From Halobacteriovoraceae bacterium (GTDB lineage: Bacteria > Bdellovibrionota > Bacteriovoracia > Bacteriovoracales > Bacteriovoracaceae), in the NCBI GenBank assembly GCA_963719505.1, contig CAVRCF010000002.1:352001-416000 (forward strand): 64,000 bases of DNA. Direction: 5' to 3'. Below, one piece after another: positions 21,074 through 31,219 of this stretch. The notes below the pieces were generated by a model. That model was not told the origin of the DNA. It made no database searches and worked only from the letters and a program-made list of their open reading frames with translations. Position numbers and translations under genes: made by a program. Within the stretch, counting starts at the first letter, position 1, and the number at the start of each line of letters is the position of its first letter.

Positions 21074-21697
21074 ATGAAAAATCTCATTATACTTTTATTT
21101 TTAACTTTTGTAACAATCTCTTATAGTAGCGAGCGATCACAAAATAGCGGATGGGTTGGAATTTTTGCAAAAAAAGAACTAACAAAAGAATTCTCATGGT
21201 GGTCAGAAGCCCAACAACGCTACAGTTTTGATCAAGGTGGTGTGGGACAATTCCTCTATCGCACAGGTGGACTTTATCGTTTGAATGACAGTCATGGACT
21301 TGGACTTATTTATGGTTATATAACTACGGGAGACATTAAAGAGCATCGCTGGACGTTTCAACATACTCAGTCCTTTATGAGTTCTGAGTCATCAAAGCTG
21401 TCCAGCCGTACTAGATTAGAATACCGAAATAATGAAGATAGTGACGACGACTCTTGGCGCTTTAGATATTTATTGAGGTTTGATAAAAATGCTGGGGTTT
21501 TCTGGAATGAAGTCTTTCTAAATTTTACAGATGAAGAAGGTGCAGATCATCAAGCTTTCGAGAGAAACCGACTTTTTATAGGAAGAGGATTGGAGCTTTT
21601 TGATTCTAAAGTTGAATATGGTTACTTAAATCAATATGTCCCAAGACAGGATACTTCGATCATTGAACATATCGCTGTTGTCTATTTTTTCATGTAG
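21074..21697 (+). CDS. DUF2490-like outer-membrane beta-barrel protein
   Basis: Signal peptide, EHR, RLEYR, RFRY, NEVF and RNRLFIG...GYLNQ motifs. Confidence 0.75.
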   Translation: MKNLIILLFLTFVTISYSSERSQNSGWVGIFAKKELTKEFSWWSEAQQRYSFDQGGVGQFLYRTGGLYRLNDSHGLGLIYGYITTGDIKEHRWTFQHTQSFMSSESSKLSSRTRLEYRNNEDSDDDSWRFRYLLRFDKNAGVFWNEVFLNFTDEEGADHQAFERNRLFIGRGLELFDSKVEYGYLNQYVPRQDTSIIEHIAVVYFFM

Positions 21698-21709
21698 AGG
21701 AGAATTAAT

Positions 21710-22024
21710 ATGGAAATGATTCCCGTTTTTATGATCGTAAATTTAGAAATTAATGATGCTGAAGAATATAAAATTTATGAAAAAGGCTTTTTTCCATTAT
21801 TAAAGAAATATGGAGGATCCTTTGTCACTTATGACGATAACCCCATTCATATGGAGGGGGAGAGTCCAAGACCTGGGCGTATGATTATTTTTAAGTTTCC
21901 ATCTGAGCAAGCTGGTAAAGATTGGTTTGCCGACAGTGATTATAAAAAATTGTCTGAACATCGAAGGGCTGGAACCAAAATGAATTTTTTAACTATGGTC
22001 CACGGTCTCCCACCTAGAAATTAG
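21710..22024 (+). CDS. DUF1330 family protein
   Basis: KYGGSF...EGE...IFKFPS...W.....Y......R pattern. Confidence 0.8.
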   Translation: MEMIPVFMIVNLEINDAEEYKIYEKGFFPLLKKYGGSFVTYDDNPIHMEGESPRPGRMIIFKFPSEQAGKDWFADSDYKKLSEHRRAGTKMNFLTMVHGLPPRN

Positions 22025-22473
22025 TAGCTAATAAGTATTTGAATGACTCTTACAATTAGAAAGATGGGAATCAAGAAAATAAAAATGCCAAGAAATCCAA
22101 TGAAGAGATTATTGATCCAGCTTTTTGCAACAATACCTTTTTCTTTGCGTGAATATTCGCTAACTAATCTATAGTTCATCTCATTTGACTTCCAAACAAA
22201 ATCAAAAATATCTCCAAAAATTGGAATCATTCCAATAAGCTGGTCAATGATGATATTGAGTGCCATGCGAATAATAATAATTTTAGGAATATTGAGATTT
22301 GTTGCGCGAATGAGTATATAGCTTCCAAGACCTGTCGTGATAAGATCACCAAATCCAGGTATAAGGCCAATAAGACCATCAAAACCAAACTTAATACCAA
22401 AAGGCCCTTGAAATTTTGTATCTAACCATTTTGAGATAATCTCTATGTCTTTGATATCATTTGATTTACTCAT
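22021..22473 (-). CDS. DUF4112 family membrane protein
   Basis: GFDGLIGLIPGFGD and IPIFGDIFDFVWKSN. Confidence 0.85.
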   Translation of the reverse strand: MSKSNDIKDIEIISKWLDTKFQGPFGIKFGFDGLIGLIPGFGDLITTGLGSYILIRATNLNIPKIIIIRMALNIIIDQLIGMIPIFGDIFDFVWKSNEMNYRLVSEYSRKEKGIVAKSWINNLFIGFLGIFIFLIPIFLIVRVIQILISY

Positions 22474-22577
22474 TACAAACCTCTTTCAATTTTAAATGCC
22501 CAAATTCATTGAGATTTTCCATTTAGATAAATAGCTTACTGTTAATATGCTATAATTGCCAAGTTAAAGGAGAGCTT

Positions 22578-23636
22578 ATGATTGATCTTGTCGTTGGTCC
22601 GCCACTTTTAAATAATACATCAACTCAACATATCGAAGATATCTTTGAAGGGATCTCTCTTTTTGAAGCAAAGAAGTTCAACCTTATTGTCTTTAATTTA
22701 GCAGATGTTATTTTGAATGAAAGAGATGTCTCTCGACTCAAAAAATTAGTCAGTAGTCGCAAGTCAAATTGTATTTTTATCTCGACTCAAAAAGACGTTC
22801 AAAACTTTGATGAGATGGAATTTGTCCAAAGCTTTGCGCCAGAGCATATAGATTTATACATAGATGACTCTATTAAAGAACTTCAAAGAAGAAGTGACTT
22901 AAAAAATAAATACTTGGAGCAGTCTAAACAAAAACGGTCCATCCCTTTCTATATTCTTGGAACTTTACTGCTTATAGAGCCTCTTATCAAAGTTATCTTT
23001 TTGAAGATAGATACGGGCTTCAGCTTTGGGAAAGTTTTTGAAGTCGTCACAAGTATTGATGACCCTCTAAAGTTCATTGAGTTTTGGGTCCTCTTTCCCA
23101 TGGCGGGATTAGCACTTTTAAAGCCTGCAGCTATAAGCTTATTTGTGTTCGCTACCGTTCAACTCTACTCGGTCTATAGTTATGTTAATTACGAAAAGTT
23201 TACGTGGCCTTTTGTACAGGAAAATCCTCATATTAGTAGTGCTCTTTTACTTTGCTTAAACCTTGGGATTTTGGCATTCTTTCTTATTCCAGAAAACAGG
23301 AAGCCTTATATCTTTAAGGCCAAAGAACTGTTTAGAAAAAATAAAAGAATCAACTGCCTTTTGCGTGCAACAGCCAAATTTGATGGAGGTCATTTGGAGG
23401 TTGAGGTTCTTAATCTTTCTGAGACCGGTCTGATGGCTTCAACAAAAAAGAAGGTTGGTCATGGCGAGAAAATAATTATTTGTATTGATGATGTAAAACT
23501 GCACGGAGAGATTGTAAGGGTCTCTAAAGCGGGTGATTTTTATCAATACGGTATTTTATTTAAAGGGAGAAATTCTGAGGCTGGAAAACTTATCAAAAAA
23601 CTAGAACAGGGGCAGACAATCAATTCAGTCGCGTGA
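22578..23636 (+). CDS. Membrane protein with C-terminal PilZ (c-di-GMP-binding) domain
   Basis: About four TM segments followed by RKNKR (RxxxR) and NLSETG (D/NxSxxG). Confidence 0.75.
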   Translation: MIDLVVGPPLLNNTSTQHIEDIFEGISLFEAKKFNLIVFNLADVILNERDVSRLKKLVSSRKSNCIFISTQKDVQNFDEMEFVQSFAPEHIDLYIDDSIKELQRRSDLKNKYLEQSKQKRSIPFYILGTLLLIEPLIKVIFLKIDTGFSFGKVFEVVTSIDDPLKFIEFWVLFPMAGLALLKPAAISLFVFATVQLYSVYSYVNYEKFTWPFVQENPHISSALLLCLNLGILAFFLIPENRKPYIFKAKELFRKNKRINCLLRATAKFDGGHLEVEVLNLSETGLMASTKKKVGHGEKIIICIDDVKLHGEIVRVSKAGDFYQYGILFKGRNSEAGKLIKKLEQGQTINSVA

Positions 23637-23647
23637 TATAAATAGAT

Positions 23648-24127
23648 ATGACAAATAATGATGTGCTGCGAAGACTCAGATATACCCTCGATTACGGCGA
23701 CCAACAGATGATGGAAGTCTTTTCTTTGGCCGACAAAGAAGTGTCGAGGGAATTACTTAGCAATTGGTTAAAGAAAGACGATCATGATGACTACCAAGCT
23801 CTCAAAGACGTGGATTTGGCCACTTTTCTCAATGGACTGATAAATGAGCTCAGAGGCTCTAAAGATGGTGAAAAGCCAGCTGCTGAAACCGAGTTAAATA
23901 ATAATATTATTCTTAGAAAACTGATGATTGCCTTCACTTTAAAATCAGACGATGTCCTTAAAATTCTTGATATTGCCGATCTTAGGGTTAGCAAGCCCGA
24001 ATTAAGTGCATTTTTTAGAAAGCCAGGTCATAAACACTATAGACCTTGCAAGGATCAAATCCTTCGAAATTTCCTGACAGGTTTACAATTAAAACTAAGA
24101 GATCAAGACGAAATCACTCCAAGTTAA
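23648..24127 (+). CDS. DUF1456/YehS family protein
   Basis: MTNNDVLRRLRY, NNIILRKL and CKDQILRNFL.G. Confidence 0.88.
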   Translation: MTNNDVLRRLRYTLDYGDQQMMEVFSLADKEVSRELLSNWLKKDDHDDYQALKDVDLATFLNGLINELRGSKDGEKPAAETELNNNIILRKLMIAFTLKSDDVLKILDIADLRVSKPELSAFFRKPGHKHYRPCKDQILRNFLTGLQLKLRDQDEITPS

Positions 24128-24163
24128 TTGACTGGGGATAAACGCCCTTGATATAACATATCT

Positions 24164-24593
24164 ATGCAATCGATGAAATTAAATTCACTGGTTTTTGGTT
24201 GTTCTGGCCATCAGCTTTATAGCAATGCTTGGCAGTCTCTTTTTTAGTGAAGTTATGAGCTATACACCTTGTGTTTTGTGCTGGTATCAAAGAATCGCCT
24301 TATATCCACTGGTGTTTATCTTTTTAGTTGGATCTTTTCAAACGCCCCGCGCGACTTTTATGTTTTCCGCCCCACTTGTCTGTACCGGATGGATCATTGC
24401 CTTATATCATAATCTTCTTCACTACGGCATTGTCCCTGAGTCAGCTTCTCCTTGTGTCTCTGGTGTGCCCTGTTCGACAGTTTACATCAACTGGTTTGGC
24501 TTTATAACAATCCCACTACTGTCTCTTATCGCTTTTAGTCTTATAGGATTCTTACTCATTTTGTTAAATAGGAAATACACTTATGAAAAATAA
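24164..24593 (+). CDS. Disulfide bond formation protein B (DsbB/BdbC-like); probable +1 error near the 5' end
   Basis: PCVLCWYQRI and a second Cys pair. ATGs at 24164/24173 are out of frame by +1 with the ORF starting at TTG 24195. Confidence 0.8.
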
Positions 24594-25236
24594 AATTGCT
24601 ATTTTTGGAGCTAGTGCTCTTGCACTCGTTATTCTATTCATCTTGGGGGCGCGAGCTTACAAAAAGGGACAAATGGAAGCTTATAGTTTCTTGGCCATTG
24701 GTAATTCTGAAGTTTTTGTCAGGGCTCATTCTCCGATCTATGGTCAAAAAGAGGCTAAAGTTTATATCACTGAGTTCTTGGATCCTGAGTGTGAGAGTTG
24801 TCGAAGGTTCTATCCAGAGGTGAAGGAGCTTTTAAATAAGTACCAAGGAAAAGTTCAGCTCGCGGTAAGATATGCAACCTTCCATAAAAACTCAGAGCTG
24901 GCAGTTCGTGCTTTAGAAGCCGCTAAGATGCAAGGAAAGTATTGGGAGTCTCTTAGTCTTCTCTTTGAAAAACAACCAGAGTGGGGCAATCATCAAAATC
25001 CAAAACCAGAGTTAATATTTGTTTATCTCAAGGAGTTAGGGCTAGATATTGAGCGCTTAAAAACGGATATGCAAAGAGACGAGATCAATAAAATTTTAAT
25101 GATTGATGAGCAAGATATGATTAAGCTTGGAGTGCGTGGAACTCCAACATTTTTTGTCAACGGAAGGCCTCTTGAAAGTTTTGGTATGGAGTTCTTAGAA
25201 AAAGCCGTAAACGAAGAAATTGACAAGCTCTACTGA
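24583..25236 (+). CDS. DsbA/BdbD-like thioredoxin-fold oxidoreductase
   Basis: EFLDPECESC and GTPTFFVNG, with an N-terminal anchor. Confidence 0.88.
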   Translation: MKNKIAIFGASALALVILFILGARAYKKGQMEAYSFLAIGNSEVFVRAHSPIYGQKEAKVYITEFLDPECESCRRFYPEVKELLNKYQGKVQLAVRYATFHKNSELAVRALEAAKMQGKYWESLSLLFEKQPEWGNHQNPKPELIFVYLKELGLDIERLKTDMQRDEINKILMIDEQDMIKLGVRGTPTFFVNGRPLESFGMEFLEKAVNEEIDKLY

Positions 25237-25271
25237 GAAGGTAAAGCGGCAATCAGTTTCTTGGAGAGTGT

Positions 25272-25652
25272 ATGAGAAAGCTATTCATTTTATTTTTTAT
25301 TCTTGGTTTTAGTGGGGAGAGAGACTTAAAGAAAGGATCTAACCTTTTGATCGAAAATGACGAGATCTTGAGAGTTGATTGTCTCGATGAACTTTGTATT
25401 GATAAAAAAGAATCTCATTACACTGATATGCAAATTAATGATCTTTTGTTACGGCGATTCTCATTTGAAATTGAGTCTCTAGATAAATTGATTATAGATA
25501 ATCCAAAGAATGAAACTCTGTTCCAAAAAAGAGAGAAGCTTCTAAAATACAAAGAGGCAAACCTGCCCAAAAGGGTTAGGGCTGAAATTTTAAATAAAGA
25601 AGATCTTGAGTTTAGAAGTTATATCTTTGCCGCGACAGATTCGCTAGATTAA
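25272..25652 (+). CDS. Hypothetical exported protein
   Basis: RBS GGAGAG and a hydrophobic N-terminus. Confidence 0.55.
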   Translation: MRKLFILFFILGFSGERDLKKGSNLLIENDEILRVDCLDELCIDKKESHYTDMQINDLLLRRFSFEIESLDKLIIDNPKNETLFQKREKLLKYKEANLPKRVRAEILNKEDLEFRSYIFAATDSLD

Positions 25653-25653
25653 G

Positions 25654-26010
25654 ATGAGCTTCACAATGAGAGTCTTTATTCTTATGACAGGACTGATCTT
25701 TATGAGTAATAGTGAGCAACTTGAAAAATACCATTGGAAAAAGAGAATTATTCTTTTAACATATTCAGATGTATCGAATAAGAAAGTCCTTGAACAAAGA
25801 AAGATATTTGAGCAAACTCCTGGTGAAAATAAAGAGAGAAAGCTTATTCTCATTGAAAAAGTGAAAGAAGATATCGAGTTTAAATTAGATCTTATTGGGT
25901 TAGATGGTGGGGTGAAGAAGAGCTTCAAAAATATTGTTCCGATGAAAGATCTTTTTAAAATAATAGATTCCATGCCGATGAGGGCCAGTGAATTAAAAAA
26001 GCCCCGCTAA
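25654..26010 (+). CDS. DUF4174 family protein
   Basis: YHWKKRII, LIGLDGGVK and IDSMPMR..E. Confidence 0.85.
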   Translation: MSFTMRVFILMTGLIFMSNSEQLEKYHWKKRIILLTYSDVSNKKVLEQRKIFEQTPGENKERKLILIEKVKEDIEFKLDLIGLDGGVKKSFKNIVPMKDLFKIIDSMPMRASELKKPR

Positions 26011-26023
26011 TACGAGGCTCTTT
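25995..26023. terminator. Probable bidirectional terminator between convergent genes
   Basis: A6-GCCCCG-loop-CGAGGC-TCTTT. Confidence 0.55.
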
Positions 26024-26046
26024 GACTTTATTAATTTGTATTGATC

Positions 26047-26568
26047 TTAGTTTCCACCCATATAAATTTCTGGCTCATAAGTAGACTCAGAAACAAATAA
26101 CCTATTGGCGATGTAAACAAATGCCACTGCACTAAGAAGAAATATTGAAGCATCTAAAACACCACTACCTGTTGTAAGGGAGAAGTTTGCACCTTCTCCA
26201 ATAAGAGCTTCACTCATTAATTCTGGACTTGCCAAGAATAATTCAAGATCCTCTGGTGAAGACGTCTCTAAAACTCTCAAGTATGCTTCTCTCGTTTCTG
26301 ACTGAGGTATTTGCTCAATAAGGATGTTGAAGCTCTTGATAAGCTCTTCAGTTGAGGAAGCCTCAACAACGGCACGAATCTCTTGCTTCATTTGAGCTAG
26401 AGTCTTCGCCTTAAACTGATCATCATGGGCCATTGGATGGCTCGTTAGCATATAGTCAAACTTCTCTAAGGTCTGGTTTAGGTTGAGGTCTGTATTTGCA
26501 TATGGCTGTGCTAATGCACTTACAGAGAAAAATGCTGACAAAATAAATGATTTAACTGAACTGATCAT
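26047..26568 (-). CDS. Secreted/membrane-anchored hypothetical protein (paralog B)
   Basis: Signal peptide ending ALA-QPY. Shares DY.LT.HP.AH, REAYL.VL and AL.GEGANF with its neighbour. Confidence 0.75.
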   Translation of the reverse strand: MISSVKSFILSAFFSVSALAQPYANTDLNLNQTLEKFDYMLTSHPMAHDDQFKAKTLAQMKQEIRAVVEASSTEELIKSFNILIEQIPQSETREAYLRVLETSSPEDLELFLASPELMSEALIGEGANFSLTTGSGVLDASIFLLSAVAFVYIANRLFVSESTYEPEIYMGGN

Positions 26569-26595
26569 AATTTTTCCTTCTATATTGATATTAAA

Positions 26596-27354
26596 CTATT
26601 TCTTTTTTGATCTATAAGATGCAACACCAGTACAAGAACCTTCATTTCCTTGGACTGAGTTTCCATTTTGAGTCGTATAAGTGTAGCGCTCAAAGCTATA
26701 AAGGAATCCAAAGAATTCACATGTATCAGGTCTTGGGGATTCTGACTCGCATCTCATTTTTGCATCTGCTTTCATATTATTTCTCTCAGCAGAAGAAACA
26801 TATTGGTTAAAAGTGTAATCCGCACAGTAAGGAACGTCCTGAATAGTAACAGGGTAACTAGCAAATCGAGGTCTATTTGATTTTACAATCGCATTAATCA
26901 TGACAAAAAGAATAAGGCCCGTCATGATGATATAAGTAGCAACGATCAAGGGTTCATCTGTGATGAGAGCAAAGTTTGCACCCTCACCAGCTAAAGCGTC
27001 ATTCATAAGTGCCGGGGCACTGATAAAAGCGAGGAGCTCTTCTTGAGTTGAGTTTTTTAGGACTTTTAAGTAGGCTTCTCTTTTAGAACGCTGAGGAATT
27101 TTTGCGATAATTTGTTCAAAACTCTCTTTTACTTCTTCTTCAGATGAACGAGATAAAGAGGCACTCAATTCCTCTTTATACTTTTTCAAATTTTCATTTT
27201 GAAAGCTATCTTCGTGTGCTTGAGGGTGAGCGGTAAGAATATAATCGTACTTCTTTACGATGGCACTCGGAGATAAATTTATCTGAGAGTAGGGTTGTGC
27301 TAACGCTGTAAAAGAGAAGGTTAGCATGAGTATTAGAGCTGAAAGAGATCTCAT
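26596..27354 (-). CDS. Secreted/membrane-anchored hypothetical protein (paralog A) with Cys-containing C-terminal extension
   Basis: RBS AAAGGA before MRSL. Same conserved blocks as 26047..26568. Confidence 0.75.
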   Translation of the reverse strand: MRSLSALILMLTFSFTALAQPYSQINLSPSAIVKKYDYILTAHPQAHEDSFQNENLKKYKEELSASLSRSSEEEVKESFEQIIAKIPQRSKREAYLKVLKNSTQEELLAFISAPALMNDALAGEGANFALITDEPLIVATYIIMTGLILFVMINAIVKSNRPRFASYPVTIQDVPYCADYTFNQYVSSAERNNMKADAKMRCESESPRPDTCEFFGFLYSFERYTYTTQNGNSVQGNEGSCTGVASYRSKKK

Positions 27355-27436
27355 TGTAGTTCCTTTGTTAATAATTTTTTCAATTGATAACACAGAAAGT
27401 CATGTTTTGAGACCAAAGCTATAATTTTTGTAAAAT

Positions 27437-28594
27437 CTATATCCCTCTATTATTGAGAAGAATACTTGTTTCAACTCCATATTCAGGAAAAAATTCCCAG
27501 AAAAGGGCCGGAAGACCTTCTCTTATATTCGTATCGACACTGAGACCTTTTCTCATTTCAAAAAGACGTTTTTGGACAAAGGTATCTCCTTCATACTTAG
27601 AGATATATCTTTCTACATCGTGAAGAACGGAAAGAACAAAGTCTGTACCGACTCCCAGTTTTGTATCGAGGTTGAGATCAAAGGCGATCTTATTGATTGC
27701 CGATCGTGACTTGGCAAGCTTTCCATAGTCTCCAAGTTCATGTGCAAGCTGATCGATACCACTTACTTTGGTCGCAAAGTAGTCGGCAAAGCCCTCAAGG
27801 ATTGAACTATTAACCTCAGGTGCTACTGAATCGCTCATCGCATAGTGTGAGTATTCGTGGTACATGACTTCAGGTACAAATGAGGCATCGAAGTAGAACT
27901 CTTTGCCAAGGAAAAGGCTTGCGAGCTCTGGAACAGCAACCCTAATAAAGGAATCAATCAGAAAGTTTGTTAAAAGAGTTTTCCCTGAAGTCTCTAAAGA
28001 TCCAGAGATATCACTTGAAACGGAAGCATTCAAAGCTGTGAAAATGAGAACATCAGTGTCTATATTTGATCTTCTTGGCAATGAGTCTCTAAGCATTTTC
28101 TTATATTTTTTTCTAAATTCTTTGGTAATTGCTATCTTTTTAACAGGTCTAAACCAAATTTCATTTCCCCATGGTTCAATCCCAAACATAGCATCCCCTG
28201 TACCTGCTGCAATAGTTGTAGCATTATTAAAGACAGGAGAGACCTGAGGGTTTTGGAAGTGAAATCTTTTATGATAAGCATTTTGGATATCAACTCTGAT
28301 AATAAGTTGTTCCGTTTGAGGTTTTCCCAAAGTTTCAAAGTACTTTCTGGCAATATCAAGATGATATAAAATCGTCGCTGACTTTCGAAGAAGCTTTTCA
28401 TCAGTTGTCTTTATCACCTCGTCAGTTGTTCCTTTAACGAGTTTAAAAAACGGAGTCTCAAAATAAAGATCTTCTTTAAGATTTTCTAATGTTACTTTCC
28501 TTGGGATAAGTTTATCTTTTTCTCCTCGAACAATAACCTGAGTTTCGAAGGAGAAGGCTGAAAATGAGAGGATGATTAAAAAAATTATTCTCAT
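27437..28594 (-). CDS. Secreted gluzincin-type Zn metallopeptidase-like protein
   Basis: Signal peptide and YHEYSH...LEGFADYFA. Confidence 0.7.
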   Translation of the reverse strand: MRIIFLIILSFSAFSFETQVIVRGEKDKLIPRKVTLENLKEDLYFETPFFKLVKGTTDEVIKTTDEKLLRKSATILYHLDIARKYFETLGKPQTEQLIIRVDIQNAYHKRFHFQNPQVSPVFNNATTIAAGTGDAMFGIEPWGNEIWFRPVKKIAITKEFRKKYKKMLRDSLPRRSNIDTDVLIFTALNASVSSDISGSLETSGKTLLTNFLIDSFIRVAVPELASLFLGKEFYFDASFVPEVMYHEYSHYAMSDSVAPEVNSSILEGFADYFATKVSGIDQLAHELGDYGKLAKSRSAINKIAFDLNLDTKLGVGTDFVLSVLHDVERYISKYEGDTFVQKRLFEMRKGLSVDTNIREGLPALFWEFFPEYGVETSILLNNRGI

Positions 28595-29814
28595 AACTTC
28601 TGCTCACAGTTTCCATAGAAAAGATCATGCTCAAATGAGGGATCTTTTACTTCTTTTTTATTAATTTTCCCATCGAGAATAGAAATTCCAATCGAGTAAC
28701 CTATACCGACAACGGGACCAGCAACAGCTGCAACAAGAAAATCGAGTCTTTGAAGAAATGAGACAGACTTTTGCCAAAAGTTTTTCTTAACTGTTTTTTT
28801 CTCTAAGAGGCTTAATCCATTGAGCTCTTTTTCATCGACCTGGTTTGTTTGATAACCTAAAGTCATGAGGTCTCTATAGTCAAAGTTTGCACCTCTAAAG
28901 TAGTCTTTTTGTAACAGGAGGTTCTTCTCTTTTTTGTATAATTTTAGCGCGAGTCTTATCTGCTCTGTATGGGTGAGTTGAATCCTCTCATTAACAATAC
29001 CTTCTTTTGCAGAAAAGATGAGTTCAGACTTATGAGAGTTAAAACGCATGGTCATTTTATTGAGGAGATTGTTCATCTCTTTGATTTGAATGAGTGAGAA
29101 GTTATTAAAAAGTTTATACCTTCTGCTTTTTTGACCTTTGTCTCTTTGTGCGAGATGAAAGCTTGTCACAGTGTCGTTCATTTCTAATTGATTCTCTAAA
29201 AGCCAAGCCCTTTTTTCCTGATAGTCTTTAACCTTTAAAAGAGACGACTCATTATCCGAGATGATTCTAACAGTCTCTATGAGATGGTATTCATTTTGAG
29301 AAATAAATCCCGATTCATAAGCGAACTGATTAAGCCTTTGATAGATATTTTCATCATCACCTTGGAGGACAATCTTCTCTTTAAACTCGACCCACTTATC
29401 AGACAGACAGCCATTAGAAAATATCGCTCTATAGTTTCTCTTTAATACATCTGTTCTTTGTATGGATAGTTTTGTCTCTCCTGCAAGCGCAGATCTCTTG
29501 AAGGCCTGTGCATAGGAATAGAAAATATCGGCTTCTACTTCGTCAATAAAACCTAATTTATGAGCTTTAATAACGGCAAAGGGGATGCTTTTTTTGTTGA
29601 GAGAGGAAAGGCTTGAGATGACATCAATCTCACAAGACTTCATGCCATGAGAGAAACTAGCTTTTAGACTCTCTGTTGAATAAATGTTTTCAACTTTGGT
29701 AAACTCTTTTTCTAGCTTTCGTTGTCGGAATTGTGTCTCCAACCAAACGGTTGGGGTATTGGCGAAAACACCAAAGCTCATGATTGAAAGAATTATAAAA
29801 CAGCTAAATTTCAT
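28591..29814 (-). CDS. Secreted hypothetical protein
   Basis: Signal peptide. Overlaps the start of the downstream peptidase gene. Confidence 0.7.
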   Translation of the reverse strand: MKFSCFIILSIMSFGVFANTPTVWLETQFRQRKLEKEFTKVENIYSTESLKASFSHGMKSCEIDVISSLSSLNKKSIPFAVIKAHKLGFIDEVEADIFYSYAQAFKRSALAGETKLSIQRTDVLKRNYRAIFSNGCLSDKWVEFKEKIVLQGDDENIYQRLNQFAYESGFISQNEYHLIETVRIISDNESSLLKVKDYQEKRAWLLENQLEMNDTVTSFHLAQRDKGQKSRRYKLFNNFSLIQIKEMNNLLNKMTMRFNSHKSELIFSAKEGIVNERIQLTHTEQIRLALKLYKKEKNLLLQKDYFRGANFDYRDLMTLGYQTNQVDEKELNGLSLLEKKTVKKNFWQKSVSFLQRLDFLVAAVAGPVVGIGYSIGISILDGKINKKEVKDPSFEHDLFYGNCEQKL

Positions 29815-29874
29815 AAGACTATTCTATCTTTTAGGCGGAGAATTTACTCTTTCGTTGAAGAAGTTTCAATGGGG

Positions 29875-31185
29875 TGTATAAAGATTCGACAATTATGTCC
29901 TATCCTTATTTCCCAGCGAAAATGTCCTACTTAACGCATTAATATTACAATACTCAGGTAATCAAACCTGAGGTGTTAAATGGGAAAAATAAGCATGGAT
30001 GCTAAACAAATGAAGCTTTATAGACTCGCCTGTGAAGTCTTAGCCGGAAAAATTTCTATTAAAGAATTTTCCATCATATCTAAAAAGTCATATCGCCAGT
30101 CTCAACGTATTATTAAGAATGTTGAGACTCATGACTTCATAGGAGTCATACATAAAAATTCTGGTGTTGCTCCAGTAAATAAAACTTCTGAAAGACTAGA
30201 AGCTTTGATCGTAGATCTTCTAACTTATAAGTATGTTGGATTTAATCTCACTCACTTTAACGAAATGTTAATTAAAAATGAAAACATTAAAATTTCAAAG
30301 TCTTCACTTCATCGAATTGCAACTAAACACAATCTTGTAAAAGCTCCAAGAAGAGCGAAGAGAAGATCTTTCAAGCCTAGAGCCAGAGTCCCTCAAGAAG
30401 GTATGCTCGTGCAGTTCGATGGAAGCCATCACCCTTGGTTTGGTAATCACAAATCGGACTTAATTGCAGCAATCGACGATGCAACCGGAAAGATTTTAGC
30501 AGCAGAGTTTTTTTACGGAGAGAAGTCGATGCATTCGATGAAAGTTATCAAGGAAGTAATTGATAAAAATGGAATTCCAGAAGCCTTCTACATGGATCAA
30601 GCAGGGATTTATGGAAAGGTAGATCGAGACTGGGAATCTCAGATCTCAAGAGCCTTTGATCAGGTTAATATTAACTTAATTCTTGCAAGCTCTCCACAAG
30701 CTAAAGGACGAGTAGAGCGTCTCTTTAGGACTCTACAAGATCGACTGGTAGCGGAGCTTTCGTTTTATAAAATAGAAACTTTGGAAGAGGCAAATGACTA
30801 TTTGAGAACAACTTTTATAGAAGCTTTTAATAAGCAGTTCTCGGTAGAGTCGCAAAGCTTCGATACAGCTTACAGGAAAAATGTTTTTGGAAATTTAGAC
30901 AGAGTTTTTTGTAAAAAAGAGAGAAGAAAAATTGGAGTTGGAAACGTATTTTCTTTCGAAGCAATTACTTGGTTGATAGACGAAAAGTTTTGCTATCGAG
31001 GTCGCGAAGTGAATATAAATACCCATCTTGATGGCAGTCAGAGCTTTGATATTATGGGTAAAGAAATATATCCAATAGTGTTCAACACAAAGAGGATTTA
31101 TGACTATAAAAAGCGAGCAATATGACACACAAGGTAGGACATAATCGCTGGGATATTAACCGGACATAGTCGCTGGGATTCAACA
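29875..31185 (+). mobile_element. IS1202-family (ISNCY) insertion sequence #1, ~1.31 kb; left boundary 29875 or 29877
   Basis: Direct repeat GAAGTTTCAATGGGG(TG) at 29860 and 31186. Right end ...TCAACA. Subterminal repeats CAGCG.[T/A][T/A]ATGTCC occur at both ends in inverted orientation. Confidence 0.9.
29980..31125 (+). CDS. ISNCY/IS1202-family DDE transposase
   Basis: N-terminal HTH, QFDGSHHPW, IDDAT, FYMD and SPQAKGRVERLFRTLQDRL. Confidence 0.92.
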   Translation: MGKISMDAKQMKLYRLACEVLAGKISIKEFSIISKKSYRQSQRIIKNVETHDFIGVIHKNSGVAPVNKTSERLEALIVDLLTYKYVGFNLTHFNEMLIKNENIKISKSSLHRIATKHNLVKAPRRAKRRSFKPRARVPQEGMLVQFDGSHHPWFGNHKSDLIAAIDDATGKILAAEFFYGEKSMHSMKVIKEVIDKNGIPEAFYMDQAGIYGKVDRDWESQISRAFDQVNINLILASSPQAKGRVERLFRTLQDRLVAELSFYKIETLEEANDYLRTTFIEAFNKQFSVESQSFDTAYRKNVFGNLDRVFCKKERRKIGVGNVFSFEAITWLIDEKFCYRGREVNINTHLDGSQSFDIMGKEIYPIVFNTKRIYDYKKRAI

Positions 31186-31219
31186 GAAGTTTCAATGGGG
31201 TGTCTATTTTTTAGACACT

